A stretch of DNA of 64,000 bases, taken from positions 1-64,000 of the forward strand of contig JAQBUT010000010.1 in assembly GCA_027623195.1 (NCBI GenBank), written 5' to 3'. How positions within the stretch are numbered: position 1 is the stretch's first letter; every line of letters begins with the position of its first letter. The notes beneath the pieces were generated by a model. That model searched no databases. It had not been told where the DNA came from and worked only from the letters and a program-made list of their open reading frames with translations. Of the stretch, positions 58,514 to 64,000 are shown in pieces. A program made the position numbers and the translations under genes. The DNA is from Chloroflexota bacterium (GTDB lineage Bacteria > Chloroflexota > Dehalococcoidia > Lucifugimonadales > JADFKI01).

Positions 58514-59178
58514 CGGAGCGTTTGATAGGAATAGTCGCCGCTGAACCGGCATCACAGCTAGCTTTGGATGCCGTTGAGAAGGCTGGCGGGAAGCCGTGGG
58601 TCGTTTCGCCGCAGGAATCCGACGTGTCGGAACTGCTGGCCAAGGCCGGCGCGCTGGTTTTCCCAGAGGGTCCGGAGTTGACGCCGGAGGACATTGGCGT
58701 TTCGCTCTCGTTAGAGGCTGAGCTAAGCCTTATGCGCGCGGCGCTGGATGCTGACATGCCGGTATACGCCATCGGTAGAGGCTTTCAGGTGTTGAACATA
58801 GCGCAGGGAGGTTCGATCGCTGAACTGTCAGACGGTCATGCACCCGTAGAAGAAGGGGACGACGAGAAGTCGGCTTTCCACCACATCTACATATCGCCCG
58901 GCAGCAAACTTGCGGCCGTGGTGGGTTCCGGGGGCTTCGTGCGTGTCAATAGCCGCCACCGTTACGGAATTCGTGAGGCGCAAAAGGCAGGACTGCTCAT
59001 GGCATCGGCGTACTGTATGGACGACGGCGTAATAGAAGCGCTTGAGGTCCCTCGCAACCGATGGGTTATAGGCGTGCAGTTCCGGCCTGAGCTTAGGCTA
59101 GAAATCCCCCCTCATTTCGACCGCCTAATGCAGTCGCTTATGGATAGGGCTGAAGAGCGTCTGCACGCCACTAAATAG
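58510..59178 (+). CDS. Peptidase C26 / PuuD-like glutamine amidotransferase fold, catalytic Cys and His absent
   Basis: AIGRGFQVLN..GG, VNSRH, DGVIEA, GVQFRPE. Confidence 0.85.
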   Translation: MTERLIGIVAAEPASQLALDAVEKAGGKPWVVSPQESDVSELLAKAGALVFPEGPELTPEDIGVSLSLEAELSLMRAALDADMPVYAIGRGFQVLNIAQGGSIAELSDGHAPVEEGDDEKSAFHHIYISPGSKLAAVVGSGGFVRVNSRHRYGIREAQKAGLLMASAYCMDDGVIEALEVPRNRWVIGVQFRPELRLEIPPHFDRLMQSLMDRAEERLHATK

Positions 59179-59439
59179 CCGTAAAAAGGGTTTATTTTTA
59201 CTGGTAAAGTTTGGTTGAATTTGCTAGTATTTATTCATAGGACGAATGTTCCTAAAAAGTATCATTCTTTGTAACGAATATTGAGAACTCCAGCGAATAA
59301 TATCTTCTTCAACCAGTTAATATCACTACCAGGGAAATTCGGGAGGGGGCGCATCAGGCCCCTTATTTGGCATTAGGCATTTTCCCCATTACGAAGACCT
59401 TGCCGTGATTTAACACGAGCTATCTCGGGAGATTTGAAT

Positions 59440-61977
59440 ATGGTGACCACGAAGACACAATTTGGATTCATTCGGTCCGCTCCGATCGAAGATGAGATGC
59501 GCAGGTCGTACCTCGATTACGCCATGAGCGTAATCGTGTCGCGGGCGCTTCCAGACGTTCGCGACGGTCTTAAGCCGGTCCAGAGACGCATACTGTATGC
59601 CATGGACGGCCTGGGAATGCGCCCCACCGTCCCATACAAGAAGAGCGCGCGTCTGGTCGGTGAAGTGCTCGGTAAGTATCACCCTCACAGTGACACCTCT
59701 GTCTACGACGCAATGGTCCGCATGGCGCAGGACTTCAGCATGCGGCATCCGCTGGTCGATGGGCAGGGCAACTTCGGCAGCGTGGACAACGATCCGCCTG
59801 CGGCAATGCGCTACACGGAGGCCCGCCTCAGCGCCGTTGCTGAGGAGATGCTAGTCAACATTGAACAGGAAACGGTGGACTTCATTGAGAACTTTGACGG
59901 TTCTCTCAGGGAGCCGACCGTTTTGCCTGCCAGGCTGCCCAACCTGCTAATTAACGGCGCATCGGGTATTGCTGTCGGCATGGCAACCAATATCCCGCCA
60001 CACAATCCCACGGAAATTTGCAACGCGGTCATCAAGCTGATCGAAGATCCTGATGTCTCCGTGGAAGACCTGATGAAACTGGTTAAGGGGCCGGACTTCC
60101 CTACAGGCGCCACTATCATGGGTCGTGAGGGCATTCGCAATGCTTACATGACAGGGCGCGGTCAGATAATCGTGCGCGCCAAGGCTGAGATACAGCCTAT
60201 GGAGCGCGGCAACCGCATGCAGATCGTGATTAGCGAACTGCCGTATCAGGTAAACAAGGCGGCTATGGTTGAGAAGATCGCCATGCTAGCCAAGGACAAG
60301 CGCCTCGACGGTATCTCCGAGATTCGGGATGAGTCGGACCGCGAGGGCATGCGCGTAGTTATCGAGCTTCGCGCTGGCACGCAGCCTATGGTTATCCTGA
60401 ACAATCTGTACAAGCTGACGCCGATGCAGAGCAGCTTCTCTGCCAACATGCTAGCGCTGGTGGGCGGCATGCCCCGAATTATCACCCTTAAGCATGCGCT
60501 ACAAGAGTTCGTGGAGTTCCGTCGCGTAGTTGTACGCCGCCGTTCGGAGTACGAGCTACAGCGGGCCAGGGAGCGAGCGCACATTCTGGCAGGTCTACGT
60601 ATAGCTGTGACAAACCTGGACGCCGTCATAGCTTTGATTCGTGCGGCCGCTGATACGGAAGCTGCCCGCAATGGCCTCATGACCCAATTTGCCCTTGATG
60701 AGGCTCAGGCCCAGGCAATCCTGGACATGCAGTTACGCCGTATCTCGTCGCTGGAGCGGGAGAAGCTGGAGAACGATTATCAGGAGTTGCAGCGGACCAT
60801 CCAGGGTCTAGAAGAGCTTCTAGCCGATGCCGGTAAGGTCATGGCCGTAGTCAAGGCTGAGACCCTAGAGGTGAAGAAGAAGTTTGGTGAGCCTCGTCGG
60901 ACGGACATCAGCCTGGACGCCCACGACATCAGCCGCGAGGAGCTTGAGGCCCACGAGCAGATTGTGGTTACCCTGAGCAAGGGTGGCTACGTGAAGCGAA
61001 TCTCGGCGGATACGTACCGCAGTCAGCATCGTGGTGGCCGTGGCGTTGTCAGCATGAACACCAGGGACGACGATCCCGTAAACCACATCCTGGTGGTGGA
61101 CACGCACGAGACGCTTCTGTTCTTCACAAACCGGGGTAGGGTGTTGAAAATGACAGCCTACGAGCTAAGGCCTGACACATCGCGCAACACCCGGGGCGTG
61201 CCTCTAGTTAACCTGATTCAGCTTTCCGACAACGAGCAGGTTAGTGCGGTGGTCGGCGTGAATGACCTGGAAGAGGAAGAGACCTTCTGCATTCTGGGCA
61301 CCAAGAAGGGCAGCGTCAAACGTATGGCCCTAAAAGATATGTCCAATATTAGACCTTCGGGCATTATCATCATGAACTTACGTTCCGACGATGAGCTGGT
61401 AAGCGTCCGATTGGCCAAGGTTGAGGACGACATTATCATGGTGTCGGAGCAGGGCATGTCCATTCGATACCCTGTCAAGGATGTTTCGCCTCGCCAGCGG
61501 GCAGCAGGAGGCCTTAAAGGCATGGTGCTGGGCGCCAAGGATCGGATAGTCGCCATGGACGTAATCAAACCCGGCAGCCAAAGCAGACTACTTGTCATCA
61601 GCCGTTTGGGCTTCGGAAAACTGACGCCTATTGAGGAGTACAGGAAACAGGGCCGAGGGGGCAAAGGCATCAAGACCTTCAACATTCGACCAAAGACAGG
61701 TCCTGTGGCCGCTGCGGAGATTGTGGATAACGGCAAAGAGGTCTACGTTGTTTCGGAGCAGGCGCAGGTGCTGCGCACGAGCCTCTCGGAAATTTCCAGC
61801 ATGGGCCGCTCTACCCAGGGCGTAACCATATTCAGGCCGCAGCCAGGTGACGCCGTGGCATCGATTGCTTGTGTGAGCGACCTTGGAGACGGCGACGAAG
61901 CAGTCGTTGAACCTCCAGTTAACGGGTCCTCGCCCAACGGCAAGAAAGGTGCGTCGGGCGGCAAGAAGAAGAGCTAA
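59440..61977 (+). CDS. gyrA: DNA gyrase subunit A
   Basis: [25 protein letters not shown], GyrA-box QHRGGRG, beta-pinwheel repeats. Confidence 0.97.
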   Translation: MVTTKTQFGFIRSAPIEDEMRRSYLDYAMSVIVSRALPDVRDGLKPVQRRILYAMDGLGMRPTVPYKKSARLVGEVLGKYHPHSDTSVYDAMVRMAQDFSMRHPLVDGQGNFGSVDNDPPAAMRYTEARLSAVAEEMLVNIEQETVDFIENFDGSLREPTVLPARLPNLLINGASGIAVGMATNIPPHNPTEICNAVIKLIEDPDVSVEDLMKLVKGPDFPTGATIMGREGIRNAYMTGRGQIIVRAKAEIQPMERGNRMQIVISELPYQVNKAAMVEKIAMLAKDKRLDGISEIRDESDREGMRVVIELRAGTQPMVILNNLYKLTPMQSSFSANMLALVGGMPRIITLKHALQEFVEFRRVVVRRRSEYELQRARERAHILAGLRIAVTNLDAVIALIRAAADTEAARNGLMTQFALDEAQAQAILDMQLRRISSLEREKLENDYQELQRTIQGLEELLADAGKVMAVVKAETLEVKKKFGEPRRTDISLDAHDISREELEAHEQIVVTLSKGGYVKRISADTYRSQHRGGRGVVSMNTRDDDPVNHILVVDTHETLLFFTNRGRVLKMTAYELRPDTSRNTRGVPLVNLIQLSDNEQVSAVVGVNDLEEEETFCILGTKKGSVKRMALKDMSNIRPSGIIIMNLRSDDELVSVRLAKVEDDIIMVSEQGMSIRYPVKDVSPRQRAAGGLKGMVLGAKDRIVAMDVIKPGSQSRLLVISRLGFGKLTPIEEYRKQGRGGKGIKTFNIRPKTGPVAAAEIVDNGKEVYVVSEQAQVLRTSLSEISSMGRSTQGVTIFRPQPGDAVASIACVSDLGDGDEAVVEPPVNGSSPNGKKGASGGKKKS

Positions 61978-61999
61978 GCTTTCCTGAGAATTAGGAAAG

Positions 62000-62037
62000 A
62001 AAAAAGGGGCGGACCGCCGAAACGGACCGCCCCTTTT
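62000..62037. terminator. Bidirectional terminator between gyrA and the RicT-like gene
   Basis: AAAAAAGGGGCGG...CCGCCCCTTTT. Confidence 0.85.
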
Positions 62038-62064
62038 GCTTCTCAGATGTTTAACGGAATTGGT

Positions 62065-62298
62065 CTAGGCTTCGGCCTTTTGTACCACCGCGTCCATTGG
62101 CCCCCGCAGTTCAGAGAAGATAACCTGACCCGGCGCTATGGCTATTACGCCTTCCTTGATGCCTTGAGGCGTCTCCACCAGAACACGATCTCCCACCTCT
62201 AGCTCGATTCCTGAGCCATCGAAATACTGCACCTTGGCGGAGGTTTGGAAGCGCACACCGACTGTGTTGAAAAAGGGGGCGGACTTTGGATTGGACAT
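62065..62298 (-). CDS. Stand-alone N-terminal domain of RicT/YaaT (PSP1-associated)
   Basis: VGVRF....K..YFD......GD.V.VET..G...G.I pattern; follows holB as yaaT does in Firmicutes; SD AGGAG. Confidence 0.7.
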   Translation of the reverse strand: MSNPKSAPFFNTVGVRFQTSAKVQYFDGSGIELEVGDRVLVETPQGIKEGVIAIAPGQVIFSELRGPMDAVVQKAEA

Positions 62299-62315
62299 TT
62301 GTTGCAGCTATTCTC

Positions 62316-63335
62316 CTAGTTAATCGTTGGCAGCGTGAGCATCATGTTTTCTAATGCGAGCCTGGGATTTACATTTCGCTCCAGATGGCTCATCGTCTCC
62401 TGCACGGCTTTAATGGCTGACGCTACAGCATCGGAGGAAAGCCCATCGGCCGCGGCCCTCAAGGCGTCCAGTCGTGAAAGGTTCGTCACCAGCTCGGTCT
62501 TGTCCTGGCTTACGACCAGCACGTCGCGCCACCACTGCACCATCAAGGTCAACTCAGCCAATACGCCGTCCCTGTTCCTCGTGAAAGCCGTACCCAACCT
62601 CTCAGCGTAGGCGAAGCGGCCCTCAATGCTCTGCCGGAGGGTAACCTCTACGGTGTCCAGTTGGGAGGCCCGCCGCTCCAACATGTCTGAGTCTCCGGAC
62701 GCCTCCAGCGCCCACCCTGGCTTTCCGCCAGAGATTCGCGCGACCTCGTTGGCCTGCTCCCTTTCGGTCCCGAAACGTTTCACAAGCTCTTCGGCGATGA
62801 TGTCCAGCGCAAGAGGGCGTAGTTCGATGCGTTGGCACCTGGATATGATGGTCGGGAGAAGGGACCCGGTGTCGGCCGTGAGAAGCAGGAAAACTACCTC
62901 TTCAGGCGGCTCCTCCAGTACTTTCAGTAGGGCGTTTGCGGCTTCTTCCGTAAGTTGCTCCGCGCCATCTACGATAAAAACGCGATACCGGCCTTCGTAG
63001 GGTTTCAGGCTGGCCTCTTTCTGCAAGTCGCGAATCTGGTCAATGCTGATTGCAGTGCGGCCCCGCCCTTCACGTCCGGTGCCCTCCACTCGTATGGCGC
63101 GAACGTCGGTATGAAGCTGGCCCGTAATGCGCTTGCAGGGGTTGCATTCGCCGCAAGGACGTTCGTCGGCCTCACAGTTCAAGAGGCGCGCAACGTCCAT
63201 GGCCAGTGTCATCTTGCCCACCTGATGGGGGCCGCTGATGAGATAGGCATGCGACACCTGTCCGGCAGCAGAGCCGCGCGAAAGCAGGTCGATGGCTTTC
63301 CGGTGGCCGAAGGTAGTCCAGTTGCCGACAGCTAT
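62316..63335 (-). CDS. holB: DNA polymerase III delta' subunit (probable ATA start)
   Basis: W..FGH..A..LL...SHAYL.SGP..VGK, C..C..C Zn module, AANALLK.LEEPP, TI.SRC. Confidence 0.93.
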   Translation of the reverse strand: MAVGNWTTFGHRKAIDLLSRGSAAGQVSHAYLISGPHQVGKMTLAMDVARLLNCEADERPCGECNPCKRITGQLHTDVRAIRVEGTGREGRGRTAISIDQIRDLQKEASLKPYEGRYRVFIVDGAEQLTEEAANALLKVLEEPPEEVVFLLLTADTGSLLPTIISRCQRIELRPLALDIIAEELVKRFGTEREQANEVARISGGKPGWALEASGDSDMLERRASQLDTVEVTLRQSIEGRFAYAERLGTAFTRNRDGVLAELTLMVQWWRDVLVVSQDKTELVTNLSRLDALRAAADGLSSDAVASAIKAVQETMSHLERNVNPRLALENMMLTLPTIN

Positions 63336-64000
63336 TGCCCCGCCTCCTGAGGCTCTCGGGATAAGCCGAAGTCTGTGGCATAGAGATCGTCCAGCGCCAT
63401 GCTCATAGGGTCGGGTAGTGGGCCCATTTCGACGGCTGCGACCGCTTCGTCGATGTGTTCAGGCATGGCAAAGCCCACCAGCACGCCCGAAACACCGGGA
63501 TGCATCAAGCCGAATCGGATCGCTGTCTGAGCAGTCGAACCTTGGATATGTAATTCTTCCAGAGCCTTTCGAAGACGCGCTCCGCGTGCCATGTCCTCAA
63601 CAGCGCCGGAGCCCGGCGACAGTCCCTCACCGCCTCCGGGGGGTTCCTGTCCAACGATGGCCCCCGCGGCCAACACGCGAATGTTCAAAACGGCAACGCC
63701 CTTGGCCGCTGCCAGATCGATGAGGTTCTCATAGTCATGGGCGGCAAAGCCGGAGGGCACAGGTCGTCCAGCGCTGGGGTTTAGCATGTTGTAATAGGCT
63801 TGGACAGAGTGTAATCGGCCGCTCTCTATCATCTGGTGCAGGCATGCCGTGTCGCCGAAACCCGTGAAGCCGAAGAAGCGCACCAACCCCCGGTTGCGTA
63901 GCCTCTCGAAGCCCTCCAGGACACCGTTGGGACCTAGCACGTCCTCCAGGGAAATTGACCCGCGAAACTGGCCTCTGCTGCTGGTAACCGGCGTATGGAG
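63332..64000 (-). CDS. Aldo/keto reductase, 5'-partial (runs off the window)
   Basis: Frame open to 64000; G..RFFGFTG, Q.YYN.L, R.LA.G, A.RF.L....V..VLVG. Confidence 0.85.
   Translation of the reverse strand, partial: LHTPVTSSRGQFRGSISLEDVLGPNGVLEGFERLRNRGLVRFFGFTGFGDTACLHQMIESGRLHSVQAYYNMLNPSAGRPVPSGFAAHDYENLIDLAAAKGVAVLNIRVLAAGAIVGQEPPGGGEGLSPGSGAVEDMARGARLRKALEELHIQGSTAQTAIRFGLMHPGVSGVLVGFAMPEHIDEAVAAVEMGPLPDPMSMALDDLYATDFGLSREPQEAGQ

Noticed and set aside
62065..62067. Stop-codon recoding (Sec/Pyl) to extend the short RicT-like gene
   Set aside because: A terminator and the convergent gyrA follow immediately, leaving no downstream coding sequence
301..63723. Numerous antisense and alternate-frame ORFs of 60-270 aa in the ORF track
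   Set aside because: Shadow ORFs of high-GC coding genes with no recognisable motifs or SD sites
1..64000. CRISPR array, prophage, transposase/integrase, tRNA or rRNA genes
   Set aside because: I found no regularly spaced repeats and no hallmark genes or RNA consensus by eye

Overview
A gene-dense, roughly 58-60% GC bacterial chromosomal segment, most likely from a Dehalococcoidia (SAR202-like) Chloroflexota genome. This placement is inferred from an acVLRF1 release factor, an rsmH-ftsA-ftsZ cluster with no peptidoglycan genes, and many CaiB, crotonase, enolase-superfamily and SDR paralogues. Housekeeping genes include ccmCDE, ilvD, rsmG, glnS, rpiB, ftsZA, rsmH, mog, trmD, truD, gyrA and holB. 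The window also holds a TPP-riboswitch-controlled thiamine-precursor salvage operon, a stand-alone reductive-dehalogenase-like Fe-S protein and a CoA-dependent catabolic cluster. I see no prophage, transposase, CRISPR array, tRNA or rRNA, but three families of REP-like intergenic palindromes are present. The most notable unexplained signals are: (1) a ~175-nt multi-helix, switch-like structure in the long leader of a GNAT gene (15547-15720); (2) a ~170-nt 6S-like rod between convergent panE-like and glnS genes (33428-33600); (3) a promoter-terminator unit with no ORF (20571-20692); (4) a CADD-like diiron enzyme lacking the sacrificial Lys; (5) a peptidase C26 pseudoenzyme; and (6) a probable ATA start codon for holB. 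All protein calls come from remembered motifs, not from database searches.
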